From: Planctomycetota bacterium
GTDB taxonomy: Bacteria > Planctomycetota > J058
Direction of reading: 5' to 3'
DNA length: 64,000 nt
Assembly: GCA_050186825.1 (NCBI GenBank)
Contig: JBFWYD010000056.1
Span: 3,761 to 67,760 of the forward strand
The notes beneath the pieces are model-generated. The model saw nothing but the letters and a program-made list of their open reading frames with translations. It had not been told where the DNA came from and made no database searches. Shown here in pieces: positions 37,133 to 45,984 of this stretch (positions are counted from its first letter, which is position 1; each line of letters begins with the position of its first letter). Position numbers and translations under genes: made by a program.

Positions 37133-37395
37133 GGCGTTCGCGTCTCGCACACACAGGCCCGGCGTAACTCGCCTTGCAGCGCAACAGGTGTCCTGCATTT
37201 AGGGCGCCTCCGGAGCAGAGGCGGACACCAATGACCTGATTCGCGCAGATTATCGGGCGCTCTGCCGCACGTGTGCGCCTGCGCATCCGCAAGAGCAGTG
37301 CAGCGAGCGGAGCGGGGCTTCGGAGTGCACCAAGGTGCGCGGAGCGCACCCCCTAAGCCGTTGCTGCCAGGTGCCTTGCGGACCCGTACGCAAAG

Positions 37396-37425
37396 CGAGG
37401 TGCCCGCGCGAGCGCGGGCACCTCG
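37396..37425 (-). terminator. Intrinsic terminator-like hairpin after the 998-aa gene
   Basis: cgaggtgcccgcgc-ga-gcgcgggcacctcg perfect inverted repeat, followed on the minus strand by CTTTG. Confidence 0.7.
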
Positions 37426-37456
37426 GTGAGTCGGAGCGTCTGCGACGGGGCGCGGA

Positions 37457-40453
37457 CTAGCGGCGGCGGGCCTTGATCCGGTTGATGAAGCTCGGGAGGC
37501 CGTCCTTGCTGTCGTTGATGAAGTCGGACGCGCTCACCAGCGAGTCCCGGAGCGAGTCGGCGGTCACCGCCGAGCTCGGGCCGGAGGCGGCGCTGATGTC
37601 GTCGAACACCGACCCGAGCACCTCGACCGCGCTGGGGTCGGTCCCGTTCGGGCCCATGTCCATCGCGTTGCGGGCCAGGCGCAGGGCCAGCAGGCCGTCG
37701 TCGGCGCGCACGAACTGGCGGACCAGCTCGATCACGCCCACGATCCGGTTGGCCGCGGGGTCGATCTGGCGGCCGAGGAAGTGGAGCACGTCGGCCAGGG
37801 CCTGCTCGTCGATCGAGCTCGCCTGCTGGGCGGCGGCCGCGTGGCTGCCGAGGCCCTCGCCGGCCAGGACGAGGATCGCGCCGAACACGTCGAACTGGGC
37901 GCTGGCCTGGGGGGTGAACAGGTTGGCGATCGCCTTGTTGACCGTGGCCTTCTCGGGCGAGCCGTGGATCGCCTTGAGCACGTCGATCGCGAGCACCAGG
38001 TGGCGCCCGGTCAGCAGGTTCTCCATGGCCTGCTGCTGCTCACCGGCCCAGCGAGCCCGGTCGGTGGCGTTCGCGGGGATCGCGTCGGCCACGGCCTCGA
38101 GCAGGTCGCCGAGCTGGTTCTTGAGGCCCTGCCACTTCCAGCGCTCCACGTCGTCCGCCGGGTCGACGGTGCCGCGGTCGTCGCTGTAGGTCGCGAGCAG
38201 GGTGTCGAGCAGGCCGTCGAACATGCTGTCGAGGGTGGCGCCGATCCCGGCCGCCTTGGCCTTCTGGCTGAGCGCGTCCATGGGCGCCATCATCAGGCGG
38301 ATCAGGCTGGGGTAGGCGGTGCCCTTGCGGTCGTAGGCCGGGGTGGTGGTGTCGATCACGGCCTGGAGGGTGTCGGCCAGCACGTCGGCGATCACCTCGT
38401 TGCTGCCAGGCACGCGGCGCTGGGTCATCTCGTCGATCACCTCGAACAGGATCTCGACGGCGCCCGACTCGAGCATGGCCACCGAGGTGGGCTCGGTGGG
38501 CCGCATCACGTTGTCGTAGTGCGCGCCGAGGCCGAGCATGATGTTCTTGAGCAGCGGGGTCTCACCACGGTCGCTGAACACCTTGGCGATCGGCTTCATG
38601 GCGTCGAGCGCGCCCGAGTCGTTGAAGTCCTGCAGGGCGCGCACGTCGTCCGCCTTGATGTTCGAGCAGAGCAGGTTCCGCAGGAAGCTGATGTCGAGCA
38701 GCTGGTGGATCGTGCCGATCGAGATGTTGATCCCGAGGATCCGCTGGTTGCCCGCCATGGCGTTCAGGTAGAAGTCGGCCATGTTGCCCATGCCGATCGC
38801 GCTGCACTGGTTGGCGCCCTGCATCATCTCCAGGATCCGCTGCATGACGCTCTTGTGCGTCGCGTCCGCCGGGATCTTGTTGCGGTAGTCGTGGAACTTC
38901 ATCATCCGGGCGAAGGTGACCGGCAGGGTCTTGAGCCGGCGCTGCTCGGAGTTGAAGGCCTGGAGGAGGGCGCGCACCGCCGAGACCGTCCGGCCCTTGG
39001 GGCGCAGCGCGTCCTCGAGCAGGGGCAGGAGGTCGTTGACCAGCTGCTGGCCGCCCGAGCCCGAGGCGGCCGGCTGAGCGGTCGCCGCCGCGCTGCGCGC
39101 GGTGGCGATCGTGACCACGAGCTTGTCGACCATCTCGCCGAACTTGGCCGGGTCGTTCTTGACGATCTCGGCCAGGCCCTCGAGCAGCTGGGGCAGCGGG
39201 GTGGCCTTGACCAGCTGGAACTGGGCGTGGGTCAGGTCGAGGAAGGGGCTGTCCGGGGTGAGGGTCTCCCAGTCGTCGCTGGGGTCGACGGTGCCGTTGT
39301 CGTGGTGGTAGCGGGTCGCGAGCTTGTCGACCACCTCGATCGTCTGGCCGAGGGCGTCCTTCTTGACCAGCTCGCCGACCAGCAGCAGGACCTCGCTCAG
39401 GAGGGTGTGCTTGGCGTCGTAGTAGTCGAAGTAGAGGCCGCCGCCGGGGGCGAGCGCGCGGCCGAAGCTGTCGCGGGTGCCCTCGTTGCCGAAGGCGGCG
39501 ATCCGGATCACCGATCCCTTGCCGTCGATCGGCAGGTAGTCGGCGTTGACGTCCGCGACCTTGTCGCCGTCGTTGTCCACGAAGGGGACGGGCAGGCGGC
39601 CGGTGGCGCCGTCGAGCTTGACCTGCGGGTTGCCGTACTTGTCCACGCGGACGGCCCAGGCGGGGGCGCCCAGGTTCTTGAAGGCCGGCATCGGCTGCTC
39701 GGCGAGCAGCGACTTGGACAGGTGGTCGAGGGTCTGCGCCACGGTGCTGGTCTTGTTGGCGCCGGTCGAGGGCTGGTAGCCGTTCAGGAAGCGCGCCGCG
39801 GCGGCCTGGAGCTCACGCAGCAGGTTGCGCTCGCCGTTGGGCTGGCCGTTGTCGTCCATGCCGTCGTTGGCGCGCAGGAGCTTGAGGCTGGCCTTCACCA
39901 GGTCCTCGAGCTCCGGGTAGGCCAGCAGGCGGCTGATCATCACGTTGCGGCCGTAGTCGGCGCCGGCCTTCTTCGCCCCGCCGGTCGCGCTCATGAGCTT
40001 GGCGAGCGCCTCGAGGGTGCCCTGGTCGGCGATCAGGTCCTGCAGGATCGCGTCCACGTCCTTGACCGCGCCCTCGACGTAGCCGTCGTCGACCAGGGGC
40101 AGCAGGCTGAGCAGGGTCGGGAACAGGTTGTTGCTGATGTCCGAGGGCAGGATCCGGTTGATCGCCGCCACGAAGTCGTCGTGACGCCCCTCCAGCGCGA
40201 GCGCCTGGGCGGTCTCGCCCGAGGTCTCGTACTTGTGGTGGAGCATGTCGTAGACGATCTCGCCCATGTCCACGCCGGCGGTCGCGCCGGCCGCGGTGCT
40301 GGCCTGGCCCGACGAGGCGCTGCCGCCGCCGGTGCCGCCGCGGGCGCAGCCGCCGCAGGCGAAGGCGCCGGTCAGGACGACGGTGCCGGTCAGGAGGGTC
40401 GTGAGGACCCGCTGACCGATCCGCTGGAGCTTGTTGTTCTGGGAGAGCCTCAT
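37457..40453 (-). CDS. Large alpha-helical putative lipoprotein (998 aa), unknown function
   Basis: Signal-like N-terminus ending 'AFACGGC' plus Gly/Ser linker; very strong codon bias; acidic loops DNDGDKVAD, DNGTVDPSDD, DRGTVDPADD. Confidence 0.78.
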   Translation of the reverse strand: MRLSQNNKLQRIGQRVLTTLLTGTVVLTGAFACGGCARGGTGGGSASSGQASTAAGATAGVDMGEIVYDMLHHKYETSGETAQALALEGRHDDFVAAINRILPSDISNNLFPTLLSLLPLVDDGYVEGAVKDVDAILQDLIADQGTLEALAKLMSATGGAKKAGADYGRNVMISRLLAYPELEDLVKASLKLLRANDGMDDNGQPNGERNLLRELQAAAARFLNGYQPSTGANKTSTVAQTLDHLSKSLLAEQPMPAFKNLGAPAWAVRVDKYGNPQVKLDGATGRLPVPFVDNDGDKVADVNADYLPIDGKGSVIRIAAFGNEGTRDSFGRALAPGGGLYFDYYDAKHTLLSEVLLLVGELVKKDALGQTIEVVDKLATRYHHDNGTVDPSDDWETLTPDSPFLDLTHAQFQLVKATPLPQLLEGLAEIVKNDPAKFGEMVDKLVVTIATARSAAATAQPAASGSGGQQLVNDLLPLLEDALRPKGRTVSAVRALLQAFNSEQRRLKTLPVTFARMMKFHDYRNKIPADATHKSVMQRILEMMQGANQCSAIGMGNMADFYLNAMAGNQRILGINISIGTIHQLLDISFLRNLLCSNIKADDVRALQDFNDSGALDAMKPIAKVFSDRGETPLLKNIMLGLGAHYDNVMRPTEPTSVAMLESGAVEILFEVIDEMTQRRVPGSNEVIADVLADTLQAVIDTTTPAYDRKGTAYPSLIRLMMAPMDALSQKAKAAGIGATLDSMFDGLLDTLLATYSDDRGTVDPADDVERWKWQGLKNQLGDLLEAVADAIPANATDRARWAGEQQQAMENLLTGRHLVLAIDVLKAIHGSPEKATVNKAIANLFTPQASAQFDVFGAILVLAGEGLGSHAAAAQQASSIDEQALADVLHFLGRQIDPAANRIVGVIELVRQFVRADDGLLALRLARNAMDMGPNGTDPSAVEVLGSVFDDISAASGPSSAVTADSLRDSLVSASDFINDSKDGLPSFINRIKARRR

Positions 40454-40684
40454 GGCTTCTCGACCTTCCGTGGGGGTGTTGCTTGGTCAGCCAAAGAGCA
40501 ACTGTGGGCCCCCCAGGCGTCGCTGAAGGGGGGGCACAACTCCATTGTGCGTAAGCCTCGACGCGGCGCACAACACCTTGAAAACCCGTCCGTCCAGGTT
40601 CTGGGTTCCGGTTACGTGCCAACGAACCGGGAAATGGGATAGCGATGGACCGGAACTGGGAAGCGAAACGTGAAACGAATCTGG

Positions 40685-40712
40685 CAATCGGGGGAGAGAT
40701 CAACCCCGATTG
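40685..40712. promoter_or_regulatory. Candidate regulator-binding palindrome upstream of the 998-aa gene
   Basis: CAATCGGGG-N10-CCCCGATTG in a relatively AT-rich intergenic region; could also act as a hairpin after 40763-41374. Confidence 0.4.
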
Positions 40713-40762
40713 AGGCACGGATTCGGCACGAAACGAACGGGCCCTAGCGCGTCCCGGCGGGC

Positions 40763-41374
40763 CTACTGCAGCTCGACCCCGGCCGCCGCGGCGGCCGCCT
40801 CGACCTCGGGGCGGAGGCGGCGATAGGCGAGGAAGAACACGCCCGAAGCGATGGGCAGCGAGACGGGCAGCCCGAGCCCGAGCGGGATCGCGCCCGCGAG
40901 CACGATCGCGCCGCCGAGCACGGTGAGCTGGAACAGGGGGACCGGCGTGCGCCGGGCGAAGGCCGCCGTCCCCCTGAGCGCGCGCAGGAAGGTGATCCCC
41001 GGCTTGTCTGCCATCACCGCGTAGCTGAACGCGAACAGCCCCGCGAGCAGGAGCACGCCGACCAGGCCGCCGATCGAGATGAAGATCCCGAGCGTCCCGA
41101 GCAGGCGCGCGACCGCGGCGCAGATCACGGCGCCGACCAGCAGCGCGAAGCTGCCCTGCGCCTTCTCGAAGGCGTTGTCGAGGTCGAGCACGGTCGCGAG
41201 CTCGACGGGCTCGCCCTGCGCGGCGTTGCGCTTGACGGCCTCCTGCCAGTTGACCACCGCGACCCCGCCCACGGCGGGGACGAGCTGGAGCAGGCCGGCC
41301 GCGAGGCCCACCTGCCAGTTGGCGAGGAACACCCCCGCGCTCTCGCTCACGAGCTGCTTGGCGTCGAAGGACAC
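40763..41374 (-). CDS. Integral membrane hypothetical protein
   Basis: About 4-5 hydrophobic segments, 203 aa, typical codon bias. Confidence 0.7.
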   Translation of the reverse strand: MSFDAKQLVSESAGVFLANWQVGLAAGLLQLVPAVGGVAVVNWQEAVKRNAAQGEPVELATVLDLDNAFEKAQGSFALLVGAVICAAVARLLGTLGIFISIGGLVGVLLLAGLFAFSYAVMADKPGITFLRALRGTAAFARRTPVPLFQLTVLGGAIVLAGAIPLGLGLPVSLPIASGVFFLAYRRLRPEVEAAAAAAGVELQ

Positions 41375-41505
41375 GGCCGAGACCTTAGCGCCCCGAAGGT
41401 CCAGGTGGGAGAGGGTCCTTTCCCCGGGAAGGGGCGATCACGTAAGGTGGCGCCCCGCACGCACGGGGGAGGTGGATCGTGAGCAGAGCGGGAGGAGCAG
41501 GGGCC

Positions 41506-43128
41506 ATGGGACGCTGCCTGTCGTTGGCCCTGCTGGTCCTGGTCCCAGCCGTGGCCGAGGCCACCAACGGGCTCAAGCTCACCGCCTACGGCCCGCGCGC
41601 CGCCGGGCGCGGCGGCGTGGACTACGCCTACTCCGACGACGCCATCGGGCCCGCCAACAACCCCGCGGGGATGGCCTTCGTCTACGGCAACCGCTTCGAC
41701 CAGAACTTCGCGCTGATCATCCAGAACGTGTCGTGGAGCAACTCCTTCGGCACCTTCGACAACGACACGCCGCTGTTCTTCCCCGTCCCGGCCTTCTCCT
41801 TCGGGGTGTTCCTGGACCCCGAGAAGGACTGGGAGCTCAAGCCCGTGTTCGACCTCGGGCGCTGGGGCCTGGTCGAGGACGAGGAGGACCAGCCCAAGCC
41901 GAAGCCCAAGGTCAAGGGAGACGGCGGCAAGGCGCAGGGGCCGCCCTCGGACGACCCGCTCGGCGACGCCCTCGAGGCGCCGACCGAGCGCGAGCTCTAC
42001 GGCGGGCGGATGCGCATCGGCCTCGGCGTGTTCCCGCTGACCGGCGGCAAGATCAAGATGGCCGGGCTGCGCACGCCCTTCATCTCCCAGCCGGTCAACT
42101 GGGAGACCGACGTGCTGAGCCTCGTGATCGCGCCCAGCATGGCCTTCCGCTTCAACCAGTACTTCTCCGCTGGGCTCACGCTCCAGGTCCGCTACACCTC
42201 CTTCGAGCTCGACGGCGGGATCGCGCAGCCGAGCTCCCTGCTCCGCGACGACTTCGAGTTCGCCAACTCGATCCTGAACGTCAACCCGCAGATCCTGACG
42301 ATCGCCGACATCGACGACGCCAAGACCGACAGCGAGAAGAACAACGGGCAGTGGGGCTTCGCCTTCCGCCTGGGCGTGATGTTCAACAGCCGCTACGTCT
42401 CGGCCGGGCTCGTCTACCAGGAGCGCACGCGCAGCACCGACCTGCTCGGCCGCGCCACGGTCGACGCCACCGACGAGGTCCGCAACCTGACCCAGGGCAA
42501 CTTCAGCCTGCTGCGCATCGTCGACCCCAGCGTCAACCCCGCGCTCGGCTTCGCGAGCGTCTACGACCTGCGCATCCAGGGCTTCGAGATGCCGCGCCAG
42601 GTCGGGCTGGGCTTCGCCGTCCGCCCGCACGAGCGGGTCTCGATCGGCTTCGACTACACGTTCATCCAGTGGAGCGAGGTGTCCAAGACCTTCAAGGCCC
42701 GCCTCAGCAACGGCAGCAACCCCAACCTCGACATCATCACCTCGCCCTCGATCGCGGTCCGTGTGCCGCTCAACTTCCGCGACCAGCACGTGATCGCCTT
42801 CGGCCTCAGCGTGCTCACCGCGCGCGGCGCCGAGATCGTCGAGGGCGTGCCCAGCTTCCAGCTCGTGCTCCGCACCGGCTACAACTACGCCAAGAGCGCC
42901 ACCCCGCCCAACACCACCCTCCCTCAGCAGCCCACGATCGCCGAGCACCACCTCTCGGCCGGCTTCACCTTCCACTGGGGCCCGCTGGTCGAGCTGAACT
43001 TCGCCTGGGAGTGGGCGCTGCCGACCTCGGTCAACACGGGCAACCACGTGGGCAACTTCACGCTCAGCAACTCGAAGCAGGAGCTGAGCCTGATGTTCTT
43101 CCACTTCGGGCTCGGGGTCAACTTCTAG
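41506..43128 (+). CDS. OmpP1/FadL/TodX-family outer-membrane transporter
   Basis: Signal peptide; 'ATNGLKLTAYGPRAAGRGG...NNPAGM' hatch motif; alternating beta strands; terminal Phe. Alternative start at 41479. Confidence 0.88.
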   Translation: MGRCLSLALLVLVPAVAEATNGLKLTAYGPRAAGRGGVDYAYSDDAIGPANNPAGMAFVYGNRFDQNFALIIQNVSWSNSFGTFDNDTPLFFPVPAFSFGVFLDPEKDWELKPVFDLGRWGLVEDEEDQPKPKPKVKGDGGKAQGPPSDDPLGDALEAPTERELYGGRMRIGLGVFPLTGGKIKMAGLRTPFISQPVNWETDVLSLVIAPSMAFRFNQYFSAGLTLQVRYTSFELDGGIAQPSSLLRDDFEFANSILNVNPQILTIADIDDAKTDSEKNNGQWGFAFRLGVMFNSRYVSAGLVYQERTRSTDLLGRATVDATDEVRNLTQGNFSLLRIVDPSVNPALGFASVYDLRIQGFEMPRQVGLGFAVRPHERVSIGFDYTFIQWSEVSKTFKARLSNGSNPNLDIITSPSIAVRVPLNFRDQHVIAFGLSVLTARGAEIVEGVPSFQLVLRTGYNYAKSATPPNTTLPQQPTIAEHHLSAGFTFHWGPLVELNFAWEWALPTSVNTGNHVGNFTLSNSKQELSLMFFHFGLGVNF

Positions 43129-43137
43129 CCAAGCGGC

Positions 43138-44337
43138 TCACACCTTCCGCAGGACCGCCATCACCACCGCGCCGGGCTCGCTGGCGGAGACCACCAGCGC
43201 GTGGCGGAGCGGGCGCTCGAGCGGCTCGCGCGCCATGCAGGGGCCGAAGTCGCTGTAGCAGGGCTGGCGGGCCTCGCCGTGGGTGGGGCACACCACGCCG
43301 TGATGAAGGGCCAGCGCGGCCGAGGCGAGCGCCAGCGCGCTGCCGAAGGCGAAGCCCTCGCCGATCCCGGCCATGGGCGCCCAGGCGTGGTGCTCGCCGG
43401 CGTCGGGGAAGAACTCCAGGAAGGCGATGTCGGTGAGGCGCTGCGCGCGGCTCCCGCTGCAGGCGTCGACCACGAGCAGGTCGAGGTCCGCGCGACCGAG
43501 CCCGGCCTCGCCGAGCACGTCGCCCAGGGCCTGGTCGAAGGCGGCCGGGTCGTCGGACGCGCTGCGGCGGCGCGAGCCTGCCAGCAGCTCGGCGTAGCCC
43601 CGCGCGCCGCGGGCCCGCGCGTCGTCGGCGCGCTCGAGCACCGCCAGGCAGGCGCCCTCGGCGAAGGCGCCGGGGCCGAAGGCACCGACCCCGGCCAGCC
43701 GGCCGCCCACGCGCTCCTCGCGCCAGAGCGAGGCGTGGGCCAGGTCGCAGTAGGCCTCCGCCCCGCCGCACAGGGCCGCGCGCGCCCGGCCGAGCACGAT
43801 CCGGTCGCGGGCCAGCAGCGCGGCCGAGAGCCCGGCCTCCTCGCCGCCGACCAGGGTGTGCCCGAAGCCGCGCAGGCCGTGGGCCGCGCTCAGGTGGCCC
43901 GAAGGCGCGTTGAACACGCCCTCGGTGAAGAGCACCGCGTTGGCCGCCTTGGGCCCGCGGCGCAGGAGCGCCTCGTAGAAGCGCAGGTAGTAGTCGCTGG
44001 AGCCGAGGGTGGTCCCGACCACCGTCGCGGCCTCGTCCTTGACCGCGGCCGGCAGCCCGCCGGCGTCCTGCCAGGCGAGCTGCGCGGCCACGAGCGTCAG
44101 GCGCGAGAGCCCAGAGGCCTTGCGCACCCGGCGCGGGTCCACCCACTCCTCGGCCGGGAGCTCCCGGGGAAAGCACACCGCCGGCGGGACGCTCAGCCCC
44201 TCGCGCGCGGGCGGGCGCTCCACGAGCAGGCCCTGCGGGTCGGGCGCGCGCAGCCGCGCCCAGAGGGCGTCGACCCCGACGCCCGCGGGCGAGGCCACGC
44301 CGAGGCCAGTGATCCACACCGCCGGCTTCGCGCTCAT
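43138..44337 (-). CDS. Non-catalytic beta-ketoacyl synthase homolog (chain-length-factor-like)
   Basis: 'VWITGLGVASPAGVG' KAS N-terminus; catalytic Cys position reads 'VGGEEAG'; His motifs absent; ATGA overlap with fabF. Confidence 0.8.
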   Translation of the reverse strand: MSAKPAVWITGLGVASPAGVGVDALWARLRAPDPQGLLVERPPAREGLSVPPAVCFPRELPAEEWVDPRRVRKASGLSRLTLVAAQLAWQDAGGLPAAVKDEAATVVGTTLGSSDYYLRFYEALLRRGPKAANAVLFTEGVFNAPSGHLSAAHGLRGFGHTLVGGEEAGLSAALLARDRIVLGRARAALCGGAEAYCDLAHASLWREERVGGRLAGVGAFGPGAFAEGACLAVLERADDARARGARGYAELLAGSRRRSASDDPAAFDQALGDVLGEAGLGRADLDLLVVDACSGSRAQRLTDIAFLEFFPDAGEHHAWAPMAGIGEGFAFGSALALASAALALHHGVVCPTHGEARQPCYSDFGPCMAREPLERPLRHALVVSASEPGAVVMAVLRKV

Positions 44338-45668
44338 CGCGCGGCCCTCCCGCCCTTCTTCCCGGGCCTGGGCGGCGGCCCGAGCTCGAAGATCAGCGAG
44401 GCGTTGCAGCCGCCGAAGCCGAAGGAGTTGCTCATCACGACCCGCAGCGGGCCGGGCCGGGCCTCGCCGACGAGGTCCAGCAGGCCGAGCGCCGGGTCCA
44501 GGCCGCCCTCGGCCCCGAGCGTGGCGGGCAGGGTCTGCGCGCGCAGCGCCAGGAGCGCGACCGCGGCCTCGAGCGCGCCCGCGCCGCCGAGGGTGTGGCC
44601 GACCGCGGGCTTGGTCGCGAACAGCGGGAGCGTCTCGAGGCGCGCCCCGAACACGGCGCGCATCGCCGCCACCTCGGCCGCGTCGTTGGTGGGGGTCGCG
44701 GTGCAGTGCAGGTTGACCGCGTCGATCCGCTCCGGCGTCAGCCCGGCGTCGGTCAGGGCGCGCTCCATCGCCAGCGCCGCGCCCGCGCCCTGCGGGTCCG
44801 GCTGGGTCAGGTGGTGCGCGTCGGCCGACTCGCCGTAGCCGAGGAGCCGCGCCAGCACCGGCCGACCGGCGCTGCGCACCCGGTGGTAGGGCTCGAGCAC
44901 GAAGGCCGCGTAGCCGTCGCCGAGCAGCATCCCCGCGCGGTCCGGCGCCAGCGGCCGCGGGCCGGCCGGGTCGAGGGCCTTGATCGCGCCGAAGCCCGCG
45001 TGGGTGTGAAGGTCGAGGGCGTCGTAGCCGGCGACCAGCGCCGCATCGGCGCGCCCGAGCCGGATCAGGTCGGCCGCGACGCCGAGCGCGCTCGCGCCCG
45101 CCGCGCAGGCGTTCGAGACCAGGAGCGACTCCCCCAGGCAATGGAAGCGCCAGGCCAGGTCCGAGAGCCGGTTCTCGACGTCGTAGCAGCGCAGGTCGTC
45201 CATGGCCGCGGCGTCGGGGCCGGCCTCGAGCAGCGAGGCCCAGAAGCGCGGGGCCGAGGCCTGGGCCGCGAGCGAGCTGCCGAGGACCAGGCCCGCGCGC
45301 TGGGCGTAGTCGAAGGTCTCGCGGCCCGAGGCCGCCAGCGCCTCGCGGCAGGCCTCCGTCAGCGCGTGGTGCGCGCGGTCGCGCGGGTCCTCGGGCGCGC
45401 CGGGCAGCGCGGGCGCCTCGCCGCCGCGCCCGGCCAGGTGCCCCTCGACCGGGAAGCGCGAGATCGGGCGCAGCCCGCTCCGCCCCGCGCGCAGGGCCTC
45501 CCAGCAGGCCTCGACCCCGACGCCGAGCCCGCAGATCAGGCCCAGCCCAGTGATCGCCACCCCGCCGCTCTGATCGCGCCGCGGCGGCGCGCTGGCCTCG
45601 CCCACCGGCGCCAGCTCCGGCCGCGCCAGCTTGCTCTTCTTCCGCTGCTTCTGCCTGCGCTTCGCCAC
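44334..45668 (-). CDS. fabF: Beta-ketoacyl-ACP synthase II family protein
   Basis: SNACAAG (Cys), NLHCTATPTND (His), KPAVGHTLGGAG (His), SNSFGFGG. Confidence 0.88.
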   Translation of the reverse strand: MAKRRQKQRKKSKLARPELAPVGEASAPPRRDQSGGVAITGLGLICGLGVGVEACWEALRAGRSGLRPISRFPVEGHLAGRGGEAPALPGAPEDPRDRAHHALTEACREALAASGRETFDYAQRAGLVLGSSLAAQASAPRFWASLLEAGPDAAAMDDLRCYDVENRLSDLAWRFHCLGESLLVSNACAAGASALGVAADLIRLGRADAALVAGYDALDLHTHAGFGAIKALDPAGPRPLAPDRAGMLLGDGYAAFVLEPYHRVRSAGRPVLARLLGYGESADAHHLTQPDPQGAGAALAMERALTDAGLTPERIDAVNLHCTATPTNDAAEVAAMRAVFGARLETLPLFATKPAVGHTLGGAGALEAAVALLALRAQTLPATLGAEGGLDPALGLLDLVGEARPGPLRVVMSNSFGFGGCNASLIFELGPPPRPGKKGGRAAR

Positions 45669-45740
45669 GGGCGGACAGGTTACGCGACGGGGTCCGGCTC
45701 AGGGCCTCCGTCAACCGCTCGATCGGATGTCAGCAGCCCC

Positions 45741-45817
45741 CGTGCTCGTGCTCGTGCTCGTGATCGTTCGTGATCGTTCGTGATCGTGCTCGTGATCGTC
45801 GACGCAGTCGTGCTCGG
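45741..45817 (+). repeat. GTGCTC/GTGATC array, second copy of the 4509 element
   Basis: cgtgctcgtgctcgtgctcgtgatcgttcgtgatcg...cgtgatcgtcgacgcagtcgtgctcgg. Confidence 0.82.
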
Positions 45818-45984
45818 TCCGCCCGCCGTCCGTCTCCTATACCTCGACAGCCATTGCTCCGCCTCGGCGCGCTCGCGTGGGGCGTCAGCCGACAGTGAGC
45901 CGAGCAAGGAGCCGCGCGGTCACTGCCTGGCGCTCTCGCCCTCCAGCCCGCTCCCGCGTGACCGCGCGGCATCCGCAGCTCGGC

